64,000 nt of DNA, taken from IMG/VR virus record IMGVR_UViG_3300049460_000128, positions 232,595 through 296,594 of that record. One strand, 5' to 3'. Position 1 is the first letter of the stretch; each line of letters opens with the position of its first letter. The position numbers and the translations under genes are program-made. The notes under the pieces are model-generated. The model searched no databases. It was not told the DNA's origin and saw nothing but the letters and a program-made list of their open reading frames with translations. Shown here piece by piece: positions 30,211 to 39,380 of the stretch.

Positions 30211-30972
30211 ATGGATTATCAGAGTCTCACCGAAAAGCAATTGCAAGCCGAGAGTATTAAGATCGGAAAGAAAATCAGGTCACTCCATGCCAAACTGGAA
30301 GCGTACCAGAAAAAAATTGATGATGAAATTGAAGCATTGTCGTGCGACAATGTGGAGATCAATCGCATCATCAGCACTCGCAATCACAAGCCTGAAGTCA
30401 TCGCCGGCGTGGACTGGAAGGCATTGTTCGCGCCAGTCGCTGACATTGAGGCGACGACTGATTGGCAGCGCGAAGTACCAATGCCTGGTGAAGTCGACCG
30501 TATCCTGGCATTGTACCAAATTTCACCTGGTGAGATCCGCCATGTGTCGGCAGATCACTACAACGGCGCCACCGGTCAGCCACAGCTGAAGCTGCAATTC
30601 GATCACGAGTCGGCAGCCAAGCTGGACATCTACGCCGAGTTGCTCCAGCAGATCATTCCGCACATCGCCTCGGAAGAAGCTTATCGTTACTTCCCAGCCG
30701 GTGTGCAAATCGAAATCGAATCCCCACGCGACCTGGATGATCGTCGCCCGGACGGTGCCCCGGATGCCACCTTTATGTTGTTCGTGCGTGATGATGGGCA
30801 GTATGCGATCTGGGAGATCGAAACCAGCTGCCACGAATGTGGTGTGTATTCAACCCTTCGCGAAGCCTTGCAGCATATCCAGGACGGCTTGGCGTTCGAT
30901 GGTTCCGAAAACGATTACGACTGGGAACCGTTCAACATCGACGAATTCAAAGAAGAACACGGCGTGAAATGA
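30211..30972 (+). CDS. Hypothetical protein, distant paralogue of 28327..28965
   Basis: RBS AAGGA; 253 aa. Confidence 0.8.
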   Translation: MDYQSLTEKQLQAESIKIGKKIRSLHAKLEAYQKKIDDEIEALSCDNVEINRIISTRNHKPEVIAGVDWKALFAPVADIEATTDWQREVPMPGEVDRILALYQISPGEIRHVSADHYNGATGQPQLKLQFDHESAAKLDIYAELLQQIIPHIASEEAYRYFPAGVQIEIESPRDLDDRRPDGAPDATFMLFVRDDGQYAIWEIETSCHECGVYSTLREALQHIQDGLAFDGSENDYDWEPFNIDEFKEEHGVK

Positions 30973-31217
30973 TCTATCATCGTTCGCAACGAGCACCTGG
31001 CAAGCAAACCATCATCTGGGACATAGCAGAAGAACAGTATGGTGCTGAATTGATAGCCGTGGTTGATCGGGCACGTGGTACGACGGAAGAGCAAAAAGCC
31101 TGGATGAAATCTGTTGGCATAAAGAAAGCTGATTACCACCAGATGAATGTGCTTATCCACTTTTTTGCTCGTGAGGAAGATGCGATGCTGTTCTACCTTA
31201 CTTGGGGTATCAAGTGA
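30969..31217 (+). CDS. FxDExDA-family small protein
   Basis: HFFAREEDAMLFYLTWG; ATGA-coupled start. Confidence 0.8.
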   Translation: MIYHRSQRAPGKQTIIWDIAEEQYGAELIAVVDRARGTTEEQKAWMKSVGIKKADYHQMNVLIHFFAREEDAMLFYLTWGIK

Positions 31218-31477
31218 GTGACATACGGTCATCAGTCCTTCGTCCTTTTAGTGGGCCCGCCAGGGCGTCAAGTTGGTATGAAATTGAACAACGATATGGC
31301 AAAGAATTTGTCGTTGCATGGTGGCCCACTAAAGGAACAACTGAAGAACGTCTGTGTTGGTTGGACGAGCTGATGCCAGGTAAGTATGGTGTGTTTAGTA
31401 CCGTTATGTCGTCGTATACCTTCTTTGTCTCAGAGGAAGATGCAGTGCTGTTCGCTCTAACGTGGTGTGGTGGTTGA
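31214..31477 (+). CDS. FxDExDA-family small protein
   Basis: FFVSEEDAVLFALTWC; clearly similar to 30969..31217 (EQYGAELIA vs QRYGKEFVV; GTTEE). Confidence 0.8.
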   Translation: MSDIRSSVLRPFSGPARASSWYEIEQRYGKEFVVAWWPTKGTTEERLCWLDELMPGKYGVFSTVMSSYTFFVSEEDAVLFALTWCGG

Positions 31478-31540
31478 TTGTTGTAAAAAGGCAACCAACT
31501 ATCGTGTTTCAACTATTTGACACAAATGAACAAAAAGTAG

Positions 31541-31568
31541 TTGATTAATTTTCATTTGAGCGTAAAAT
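31541..31568 (+). promoter_or_regulatory. sigma70 promoter with flanking CAAATGAA/TTCATTTG boxes
   Basis: TTGATT-16-TAAAAT; boxes at 31523-30 and 31551-58. Confidence 0.75.
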
Positions 31569-31637
31569 GTGAAACATGATGCAGCGGAAAACAAACAAAC
31601 GCTGCAACGACAAACAACCACACTGAAAGGAAACATC

Positions 31638-32033
31638 ATGAAAGTAGAAATCCTGGGCCTGGCACATGCAACGTTCAACGGCACCCGCGGCGAAGCTGGT
31701 GGTGCTCCTTCCAAAGACAGCATCTTCGGTCTGGCGCTGGTACAAGGCAACGTCGTGACCTTCGGTGGTCGCCGTGGCGGCACACTGCGCTTCAAGACCT
31801 ACAAGAAGCCAGAACTGGAAGCGCAGAAAGAACGATTCGCGGCCAAGCTGACCGGCAACCCATTCGGCAAAAACATCGATGCCCGTTACAGCGTCGTGAC
31901 CGACGACGTAAAAGCTGAACTGCTGGGTGCGGACTTCGACACCGAAGTAGTTGGTCGTGGCTTCTACAAAGCGATGTCGGCCAAGAAGCTGAACACCTAC
32001 AGCCGTAAGCCAAAAGCAACTGCTGCGGCCTAA
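31638..32033 (+). CDS. WGR-like domain protein, paralogue 1
   Basis: KDSIFGLALVQGNVVTFGGRRGGTLRFKT; RBS AAAGGA; highly biased codons. Confidence 0.75.
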   Translation: MKVEILGLAHATFNGTRGEAGGAPSKDSIFGLALVQGNVVTFGGRRGGTLRFKTYKKPELEAQKERFAAKLTGNPFGKNIDARYSVVTDDVKAELLGADFDTEVVGRGFYKAMSAKKLNTYSRKPKATAAA

Positions 32034-32047
32034 TACGGTCAACACAC

Positions 32048-32073
32048 AAAAAAGCGGCCTCAGGCCGCTTTTT
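32048..32073 (+). terminator. Intrinsic terminator
   Basis: GCGGCCT-c-AGGCCGC plus T5. Confidence 0.85.
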
Positions 32074-32088
32074 GCATTTGGAGTAACT

Positions 32089-32373
32089 ATGCCAGCAACT
32101 GAATATTTGGCCTGGATGGAACAGTCCAGCAGGGATAATCCCCTATACAAGCATGCTATCGAGCAGGGCTGGAGACCAGGCCCCAAGAATGTTGAATGGT
32201 CGGCCAGCGTGGTTTGCGAGCCACCTCAGTTTGTTGACAACAAGGGAATGTTCACGGTCTATAGAGACTGGATCAAGCGTAATGACTTCACGGCCCAGTA
32301 TGAACATTCTACTTGTACCTGGTATTTTGAACGTGAAGATGAGGCTTTACTCTTTACAATCACTTTCGGGTAG
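32089..32373 (+). CDS. FxDExDA-family small protein
   Basis: WYFEREDEALLFTITFG. Confidence 0.8.
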   Translation: MPATEYLAWMEQSSRDNPLYKHAIEQGWRPGPKNVEWSASVVCEPPQFVDNKGMFTVYRDWIKRNDFTAQYEHSTCTWYFEREDEALLFTITFG

Positions 32374-32531
32374 ACTGCCACTCATCTGTTGTTGGTTTAC
32401 AACAGGTGGTACAAAATGATTAGAATTCAATAAGAAATCATATTTCGCTTGATTGTGAAACCAACCAGTGTAAAATGTGATACATGATGTAGAAACAAAT
32501 TGACTTTAAATCTCTAAACAAGGAGTACGAC

Positions 32532-32927
32532 ATGGCAGCAAAAGTTGAACTGCAAGCACTGGGCCACTGCACTTTCAAAGGCACCCGCGGCGAATCCGGC
32601 GGCGCACCATCCAAAAACAGCCTGTGGGGCGTGGCCTTCATCGGCGGTACGCTGGTAACCTTCGGTGGCCGTGTCGGCGGCAACATGCGTTTCAAGACGC
32701 ACAAGAAAGCTGACCTGCCAGCCGTGATGGACACCTTCACCAACGGCAAGCTGACCGGCTTCCCATTCGGCAAGAAAATCGACGCCCGCTACAGCGACGT
32801 GACCGACAAGGCCGCCGAGTGGATCCCTGACCTGGAAAAAACCCTGGGCGGCCAATACTACGCCGCGGTGAAAAACCTGAAGGTCAACACTCGCGCCACC
32901 GCCAAGAAGGCCAAAGAAGCCGCGTAA
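32532..32927 (+). CDS. WGR-like domain protein, paralogue 2
   Basis: KNSLWGVAFIGGTLVTFGGRVGGNMRFKT; RBS AAGGAG. Confidence 0.75.
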   Translation: MAAKVELQALGHCTFKGTRGESGGAPSKNSLWGVAFIGGTLVTFGGRVGGNMRFKTHKKADLPAVMDTFTNGKLTGFPFGKKIDARYSDVTDKAAEWIPDLEKTLGGQYYAAVKNLKVNTRATAKKAKEAA

Positions 32928-32949
32928 GTGAACGCCGGCGCCAACGAAG

Positions 32950-32974
32950 AAAGCCAGCCCTGCTGGCTTTTTTT
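32950..32974 (+). terminator. Intrinsic terminator
   Basis: AAAGCCAGC-cct-GCTGGCTTT plus further Ts. Confidence 0.85.
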
Positions 32975-33078
32975 GTGACGATTTTCGGTAAAATGGTTGA
33001 CCTTTTAACGTTGACTATTTGCCATAATGAATGTATTCTGCGATAACTGGCTTAGCCATACTTAACTAGGAGATTCAA

Positions 33079-33756
33079 ATGACCGGACTGTTGAACCGTA
33101 TTGTTACCGCCGTAACTGGCAAAGCCCACGACCTCGTCGATGCTGCTGAAGATGCAGGCAGCATCGCACGCCAAACTGTCCGCGATATCAGCAATGACAT
33201 CGACAAGGCCAATGAAGCCCGAGTGACCGCCCAAACCGAATACAACGCCCTGCAACACCACCGCGACGAAGCGCAGAAGAAAGTCGACGAATACACGGGC
33301 TACGCCAACGACGCGGTTGCAGCCGGCGACGACAGCCTGGCTACCGAAGCGCTGACCAAGCTGGACACCTTCGAAGCCAAGGTGAAAGAATTCCAGGTGC
33401 AGATGGACGCGTTCAAGCCGACTCTGGATGGCATCGCATCCAAAATCCACGACCTGGAAAAACGCCGCGACCAAATGCAAAACCAAACGACCATGATCGA
33501 AGCACGCGACGCCGTCGCCGACGCACGTATCAACGTCGCAAACGTGATGTCCGGCCTGGGCGAAGGTGCCAACGCTGGCAAGACCTTCGACCGCATCTCC
33601 GAAGCAACCTCGCGCAAGGAAGCTGAAGCAGCAGCACGCGAGCAAATCGCTGCTGAGAAGAGCCCAGAAAGCGATGCTGACAAGTTCGCTGCACTGAAGA
33701 CCAAAGTCGGCGTGGCTGACCGCCTGGCCGCTCTGAAAGCTGCACAAGGCAAGTAA
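33079..33756 (+). CDS. pspA: PspA/IM30 (ESCRT-III-like) family protein
   Basis: GLLNRIVTAVTGKAHDLVDAAED N-helix, long coiled coil, A..AGDDSLA.EAL hairpin, DRLAALKA C-terminus; promoter TTGACT-17-TATTCT at 33011-39. Confidence 0.88.
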   Translation: MTGLLNRIVTAVTGKAHDLVDAAEDAGSIARQTVRDISNDIDKANEARVTAQTEYNALQHHRDEAQKKVDEYTGYANDAVAAGDDSLATEALTKLDTFEAKVKEFQVQMDAFKPTLDGIASKIHDLEKRRDQMQNQTTMIEARDAVADARINVANVMSGLGEGANAGKTFDRISEATSRKEAEAAAREQIAAEKSPESDADKFAALKTKVGVADRLAALKAAQGK

Positions 33757-33798
33757 TCGCAACGGGCGGTTCATCGCCGCCCCATAATAAGGAAGAAC

Positions 33799-35187
33799 AT
33801 GAAAAATACCGCCCGTTTTGTTGCCGTAATCTTCACCATGGTGCTCAGCTTCAGTGCCATGGCGAAAGGTCAGTTCGATGAAGCCCAACGCGCCATGATG
33901 GACAGTCAATGGGGCCGAGCAGAACAACTGCTGAAAGCCTACCAGGAAAAAGACTACAACAACGGCAAAGGTCACTACCTGCTCGCCCAGGTATACGAAC
34001 AAACGCGCCGTTATGCGGAAGCACAAGATCAACTGGACATCGCCAAGAAAGTTGCACCAGACGGCCGCTGGGCAAAAGCCGACCAAGCTGACGCAATGGC
34101 AAATCGCCTGAGCGTTAAACTGGCAGCAAACAACCCGCAACCGCGTACTCAGCCGCGTGAACGTACTCGCGTAGCCGACGAGCCACGTGTGGCCTATACG
34201 CCGCCAGCACGTCAAACGCCAGTCGCGAACACTACCCCAGCACCAACCACTAATGTGGCGCCGCAACAAAGCAGTGGCGGTCATGGCTTCATGATCTTCC
34301 TGGTCTTCCTGTTGGTCGCTGCCGGTGGCGGTCTTGGTATCTATTACTACCTGGGACGTCGTACTGAAAAAGAAGCTGAAGAGCGTCTCGATGCTGGCCG
34401 TCGTGCCCTGCAAGCAACTGCGGTTGACATGCAAGCCCGTGTGACCGCTATCCGCGATGCACTGAAATTCCAGAACAAAGCTGGTAGTGAACTTGGCTTG
34501 TCGATCGACGGCATTGCATCCAGCCTGAACACCAACGCAAATGCTCTGCGTGACCGTGCGATCGACTCCAACACGCTGAGCCGGGCACGTTCGAATCTGG
34601 ACACTCTGGAAGCTCAACTGTCGCGTGCTGAAGGTCGTCTGGCTCGCAAAGACTTCGACGCCGCGAAAGCTGCTCCAGCACCAACTCCTGCTCCTGAACC
34701 CGTCCGTGCTGCTCCTGCACCAACCCCTGCGCCGTATCAACCAACGTCCACGACTCCACCGTCGCCGCGCTACGCTGCACCGACTCCTGCACCGGCTCCT
34801 GTCCACCAGCCGCAGGTTGTTCACCATCATCACGAAACGATCGTGCATGACAACAGTTCGTCAGACCTGCTGACCGCTGTGGTGATCGCTGACGCAATGT
34901 CGAATAGCCGTCATGAAGATGAGCGTCGTCGTGAACGTGAGCGCGAATACGAACGTGATCGTCAACGCGAGCGTGACCGCGAAGAAGAACGTCGTGCAGA
35001 ACAACGTCGCGAAGATCAACGCCAACGTGATCGTGAAGAGCGCGAAGAACAAAATCGCCGTGATCGCCAAGATGAAGAAGATCGTCGCAGCAGCCGTTCT
35101 GCTCCCGCGATGGACTTCGGCGGCGACGACGACAGCGGCAGCTCGTCGAGCAGCCCAAGCATGGATATGGGCGGCGACGACGACTGA
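33799..35187 (+). CDS. Signal-peptide TPR protein with an internal TM helix and charged low-complexity tail
   Basis: Cleavable signal SAMA; NGKGHYLLAQVYEQ TPR; TM GFMIFLVFLLVAAGGGLGIYYYL; Pro-rich linker; R/E/D run; MDFGGDDD end. Confidence 0.85.
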   Translation: MKNTARFVAVIFTMVLSFSAMAKGQFDEAQRAMMDSQWGRAEQLLKAYQEKDYNNGKGHYLLAQVYEQTRRYAEAQDQLDIAKKVAPDGRWAKADQADAMANRLSVKLAANNPQPRTQPRERTRVADEPRVAYTPPARQTPVANTTPAPTTNVAPQQSSGGHGFMIFLVFLLVAAGGGLGIYYYLGRRTEKEAEERLDAGRRALQATAVDMQARVTAIRDALKFQNKAGSELGLSIDGIASSLNTNANALRDRAIDSNTLSRARSNLDTLEAQLSRAEGRLARKDFDAAKAAPAPTPAPEPVRAAPAPTPAPYQPTSTTPPSPRYAAPTPAPAPVHQPQVVHHHHETIVHDNSSSDLLTAVVIADAMSNSRHEDERRREREREYERDRQRERDREEERRAEQRREDQRQRDREEREEQNRRDRQDEEDRRSSRSAPAMDFGGDDDSGSSSSSPSMDMGGDDD

Positions 35188-35660
35188 TGGAAGAACTCAA
35201 CTATAAGCGTTCGTCTTGGCACTACTGGCTTGCCACTAAACTCGGCCCCATGCAACGCTGGGACGATGCAACAGATTTCTGCACCTACGTTCGTGCAGTG
35301 GTGGTCGGTATGCTGATGTTTTGCCTGCTGTCTTGCTTGGGCCTTGGTCTGCTGTATTGTTTCGGCGATTGGCTGGGTTGGATCTCGGCAATGATCAAAG
35401 CTGGCCATATTATCTGGCTGTCCGGTAAAGATCCATCTGGTGCAATGATCTTCAATGTTGTATTGGGTGTTTGCGCCGGTATCGGCGGCTTTGGTGGTGG
35501 TATGTATTGGCGTGAACAAGCCAACCACAGAAAAGCAGAGCGTATCTGGCAAGCAAAACAGGAACTTGGTGCCAACTATGTTCCTCCGGAGCCAAGCTTC
35601 ATTGGTCATGCTTGGAAACGGTTCAAAGACAAGACCTGCTACAAAGTCAAATTCAATTGA
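35187..35660 (+). CDS. Two-TM membrane protein
   Basis: TGATG-coupled third gene of the pspA operon. Confidence 0.75.
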   Translation: MEELNYKRSSWHYWLATKLGPMQRWDDATDFCTYVRAVVVGMLMFCLLSCLGLGLLYCFGDWLGWISAMIKAGHIIWLSGKDPSGAMIFNVVLGVCAGIGGFGGGMYWREQANHRKAERIWQAKQELGANYVPPEPSFIGHAWKRFKDKTCYKVKFN

Positions 35661-35689
35661 AAAAAGCCCGGGACGTCCCGGGCTTTTTT
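35660..35689 (+). terminator. Intrinsic terminator (bidirectional-looking)
   Basis: A6-GCCCGGGA-cg-TCCCGGGC-T6. Confidence 0.88.
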
Positions 35690-35740
35690 GTTGATGAAAA
35701 TTTCATATGGCTGTATAATGTGAACCAAAGGAGGTTCATC

Positions 35741-36070
35741 ATGTTCAATCTCGATATTTTCAATCTACCAAAGCAGTACACGGACTTGGAAAAGCGCCTA
35801 GCCGCTGCTCGTAATCTGGGCAATTGTCAGGGCTACATCACCGGCCACAACGGTGCTGAAGCATGCTGGGCCCTAGCCATCGAATACAAGATCGGCATCA
35901 AACACTTCCCAGACAACACTGGCATCGAAGTAAGTTACTGGAAAGATGGTTGGATTGTTCGCGAACATTTGTTCACCGACTTCGAACATCCAGAACTGGC
36001 CATTCGTTATGCTGTCTGCGAACTGGTCTGCCACAAACTCGAAAATAAACAGGACGACATGTATGGTTAA
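35741..36070 (+). CDS. Phage ABA-sandwich/NinX-like protein
   Basis: CWALAIEYKIGI...PELAIRYAVCELV pattern; RBS GGAGG; promoter TTGATG-17-TATAAT. Confidence 0.6.
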   Translation: MFNLDIFNLPKQYTDLEKRLAAARNLGNCQGYITGHNGAEACWALAIEYKIGIKHFPDNTGIEVSYWKDGWIVREHLFTDFEHPELAIRYAVCELVCHKLENKQDDMYG

Positions 36071-36413
36071 GAAAATCGGCAAGTACGACATTCCATTCGA
36101 CGCTGATGGTAACCAGATGCACTATGCAGAACATGGTTGGGACGGCACCTACAACCAAAGTGGTAGCTGCAACCATGTAGCCAAGTATACCATGCAGCCA
36201 AACGATCCATTCCCGGATACGCTGACCTTCAAGGGTTATCAGCGTGGTCGGTCGGCAGCATATTTCCACTTCGAGCGCGAAAATGGCAAAGGCGTGTGCG
36301 TCTTCCTGAAAGAGATGGAAGCCATGATCCCGCTTATGGTCCATGGCAAAATTACTGGCACCTTCCAGTTCATTAAACGCGGCCAAAATTACGGGTGCGC
36401 CATCGCACCATAA
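36063..36413 (+). CDS. Hypothetical phage protein
   Basis: RBS AGGA; GYQRGRSAAYF...FIKRGQNYG. Confidence 0.75.
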   Translation: MVKKIGKYDIPFDADGNQMHYAEHGWDGTYNQSGSCNHVAKYTMQPNDPFPDTLTFKGYQRGRSAAYFHFERENGKGVCVFLKEMEAMIPLMVHGKITGTFQFIKRGQNYGCAIAP

Positions 36414-36449
36414 GTTGCAAGTTCACTGGGGTGGCACTATACTGGCACT

Positions 36450-36656
36450 ATGATAAACGTACTGGTAACCACCACCTATGCTCGCTCAGAAGGAGCAGCA
36501 ATATCAACCATGTTAATTCCAGCCGCCAACTTCTACGAAGCTGAGCAAATAGCTGATAAAATAAACACGGAGGCCACAAATCGTTGGCCAAGATACGGCG
36601 GATTCGGCCAGTATGCAATAATCGTCGGTGGGCATCCACCAGAGGAAACCAAATGA
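36450..36656 (+). CDS. Small hypothetical protein, probably leaderless
   Basis: TTGCAA-17-TATACT then 6 nt to ATG. Confidence 0.7.
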   Translation: MINVLVTTTYARSEGAAISTMLIPAANFYEAEQIADKINTEATNRWPRYGGFGQYAIIVGGHPPEETK

Positions 36657-37102
36657 GCATTATCGATAACAAAAAAGCATTCCACGACTACACGGTCGAA
36701 GACCGATATGAAGCTGGGCTCGTCCTCGAGGGCTGGGAAGTGACAGCCATCCGTGCCGGTCGTTCGAACATCAAAGAAGCTCACGTGGTGGCTCGTGATG
36801 GCGAACTGTTCCTGTTCAATTCCCACATCAGCCCATTGCCTAACACTAGCGGCTTTACCACCTTGCAACCAACTCGTTCGCGTAAGCTGCTGCTGAACAA
36901 GAAAGAAATCAACAAGCTACTGGGTAAGGTGTCCACTGCTGGCTATACGATCGTACCCTTGAACTTCCACTTCAAGAAGGGTCGCATCAAGTGTGAGATC
37001 GGTCTGGCAAAAGGCAAGAAGCAACACGACAAACGTGCGACGCAGAAAGACCGCGATGGTAAACGTGAAGTTGCCCAAGCGATGAAACAAAACGCAAGGT
37101 AG
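36653..37102 (+). CDS. smpB: SsrA-binding protein SmpB
   Basis: [51 protein letters not shown]. Confidence 0.95.
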   Translation: MSIIDNKKAFHDYTVEDRYEAGLVLEGWEVTAIRAGRSNIKEAHVVARDGELFLFNSHISPLPNTSGFTTLQPTRSRKLLLNKKEINKLLGKVSTAGYTIVPLNFHFKKGRIKCEIGLAKGKKQHDKRATQKDRDGKREVAQAMKQNAR

Positions 37103-37103
37103 C

Positions 37104-37286
37104 ATGATCGACGCAACGTTCGCCTGGTATCCAGAAATGCCAATTGCATGTGAGGGTGATGATGTCAGTGCAAGAGTCATCACCCTTCGTATACGTGTCT
37201 GCCCGATACGTATTGTAAGCGCGGAGAGGACATTGGAGCGTCGCTATGGTGGGTATGTGCAGCTTTGGAGCACGACTACAATATGA
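37104..37286 (+). CDS. Small hypothetical protein
   Basis: Fills the gap between smpB and the next gene, with ATGA coupling. Confidence 0.5.
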   Translation: MIDATFAWYPEMPIACEGDDVSARVITLRIRVCPIRIVSAERTLERRYGGYVQLWSTTTI

Positions 37287-37615
37287 TCACCCAGGTGTTT
37301 CAAACCGTCGATGCTTTGATCGAAGAGATGGAGACTGTTCGTGGAAGCGATAAGATGTTTTCCGGAATATCAAGTGGGCAAATGGTTCACTATATGGAAA
37401 GCATTTTGGAAGGTGTTCATTCAGCTTCTTTCCCAGTAATATGTTTCTATATGGCTTGGCGTACTACTTGGTTTGGGGCTGAAGAAATAATCCCTGAATT
37501 GCCCATAGATTCGGTGGGAAGAATCGAAGCAATAAGCACTGAAGCTGGTGTTGTGGTTTGCTTCGAAGATGAAGGCGATGCTGCATTATTCAGATTGGGC
37601 TTAACTGACGATTAG
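37283..37615 (+). CDS. FxDExDA-family small protein
   Basis: VCFEDEGDAALFRLGL. Confidence 0.8.
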   Translation: MITQVFQTVDALIEEMETVRGSDKMFSGISSGQMVHYMESILEGVHSASFPVICFYMAWRTTWFGAEEIIPELPIDSVGRIEAISTEAGVVVCFEDEGDAALFRLGLTDD

Positions 37616-37640
37616 TAAATACCTGATTACCGGGTATAAG

Positions 37641-38006
37641 ATGGCTACAATAAATCTCCTCCTAAATGTGATGGCCATGCGTTCGCAATATGTTGCGTTG
37701 GAGGAGTGCCTAGACGACAAAATGAGCTGGACCACCTACGATAAACTTCTGGAAAATATTCAAGCCATCGATCAGATGATGGCTGGTTATCCGGATGATT
37801 TTCAGGCAAACATCAAACAATTCTATCACTTCGGCGATGCTTTCATGGCATTTGTTGCCACCCTTCCCTGGACACCAGTCATCGTTCAACAATTTGATAT
37901 GACCGACCCCATTGTTGAACTTGATAATCCCAACATAGTCACATTCAACACATATCGATTCTTCCGCTACGAAGACGACGCGGTGGTTTGGCGCCTATCG
38001 ATCTGA
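37641..38006 (+). CDS. FxDExDA-family small protein
   Basis: RFFRYEDDAVVWRLSI. Confidence 0.75.
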   Translation: MATINLLLNVMAMRSQYVALEECLDDKMSWTTYDKLLENIQAIDQMMAGYPDDFQANIKQFYHFGDAFMAFVATLPWTPVIVQQFDMTDPIVELDNPNIVTFNTYRFFRYEDDAVVWRLSI

Positions 38007-38073
38007 TGTTGTATTTTCACTAGTGTGCCAGATTCTTGTTTAAATTTTAATCAAGTCGCTGTATACTGGCTAT

Positions 38074-38403
38074 ATGAAACTATTCACCATTGAACCCCTG
38101 GATGTATGGCTGATGAAGCTGAAAGGCAAGGAACGCCCATTTGATGAGTATCCACGTTCAGTTCGTCGCACTCTGACTCGTATCAAACAGATGGCTTTCC
38201 AGCCTGCCATTGTGATTCGCTATAACAGCAAGTTGCAAACAAGCACTACGGTTGATATTGATTGGAACCAAGAACAAGCGGTTGCTTGGTTGTCTGCCAA
38301 TGCGTCTGGTATGTTTTTCCATGAAGTCAAGGGCAATCGTATCTATCTGGCTGACGACGATGACGCCGTCTTATTCAAACTAATTTTCTCGGAGCAAGTA
38401 TGA
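38074..38403 (+). CDS. FxDExDA-family small protein, probably leaderless
   Basis: IYLADDDDAVLFKLIF; TATACT 6 nt before ATG. Confidence 0.8.
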   Translation: MKLFTIEPLDVWLMKLKGKERPFDEYPRSVRRTLTRIKQMAFQPAIVIRYNSKLQTSTTVDIDWNQEQAVAWLSANASGMFFHEVKGNRIYLADDDDAVLFKLIFSEQV

Positions 38404-38597
38404 CAGTATTCGCACCAGAACGTATCAAAGAGTTGATGGCAAAGTACCAGGTGACTGAGCAGCAGGTCATCGATGCCTTGTCTGCCGCACAGGAGTTCAA
38501 ACAGTTCCTGGGCAACCAAGCATGTGTGGATCAGCTGGTTGAGCGTTTGCTGGCCACCAAGACTGAAGTGATGAAATTTCCCTGCTCAAAACAATAA
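38400..38597 (+). CDS. Small hypothetical protein
   Basis: ATGA coupling; RBS GGAG. Confidence 0.65.
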   Translation: MTVFAPERIKELMAKYQVTEQQVIDALSAAQEFKQFLGNQACVDQLVERLLATKTEVMKFPCSKQ

Positions 38598-38703
38598 CGA
38601 AAAATTATTAAAAAGTGCTTGGCAAAAACGCCAGACTGGCAATATACTTTGTATACAAGGTGGCAACAAGGGTTACCGCCAGAATAGCCAGAAGGAAATA
38701 GTA

Positions 38704-39264
38704 ATGAGCCAAGCACCAGTTGTTAACGCACAAGTTATCAATGCAATCGAGGTTTTGACCAACAGTGGCCACCTGACCATGCAAGAGCAAGTGGACATCT
38801 ACAAGAAGATGTTGTTGAATCAAAATGGTGTGTCTGCCATGTTGCCAGTTTCGGCGCCCGCTGTGACGGCACCAACTATCCCGGTTGTCACTAGTGTGAC
38901 CGCAAATCAACAAACGGCGACGACGGCAAACGGCAATAAGTCGGTCTCCTACACTCGCAAGTGCCCAAGCCATACCGAAATTACCAATGCCTTGGCTAAG
39001 TTGCGATTGGGCGTTGATGGACTGGAAGTAGCCCGCGACCTCGGCACGTCTGACACGTATGTCGTCAATCTGTGCAAAGAAAATGGCTTGCAGTATGTAA
39101 CACGCTATGGCAAAACCCGGCGACACCTGACCGACGACGACAAAGCAAAAATCAACGCCATGCTGGATCAAGGCTATTCGGTGGTCCAGATTCAAATCGC
39201 CCTCGATATCTCGGCAGGCCCGATCTCTCGGTATCGTATTGTGCCGACCGCCCGCAAGAAGTAA
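38704..39264 (+). CDS. Protein with two helix-turn-helix-like motifs
   Basis: GLEVARDLGTSDTYVVNL and GYSVVQIQIALDISAGPISRY; RBS AAGGA. Confidence 0.7.
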   Translation: MSQAPVVNAQVINAIEVLTNSGHLTMQEQVDIYKKMLLNQNGVSAMLPVSAPAVTAPTIPVVTSVTANQQTATTANGNKSVSYTRKCPSHTEITNALAKLRLGVDGLEVARDLGTSDTYVVNLCKENGLQYVTRYGKTRRHLTDDDKAKINAMLDQGYSVVQIQIALDISAGPISRYRIVPTARKK

Positions 39265-39293
39265 GTTGATTGTCAAATAGTTGAAAATTCCGC

Positions 39294-39322
39294 TTGACAC
39301 CATGTTCATTTGAACTTATACT
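39294..39322 (+). promoter_or_regulatory. sigma70 promoter with TTCATTTG in the spacer
   Basis: TTGACA-17-TATACT; box at 39305-12. Confidence 0.85.
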
Positions 39323-39380
39323 GTGAAACATGGTGCTGCGGAATAAGCAGCAAAGACAAACAACTGAAAGGAAGCAAATC

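Noticed and set aside
33052-35609. 598-, 250- and 197-aa minus-strand ORFs
   Set aside because: Shadows of the pspA operon; no motifs or RBS.
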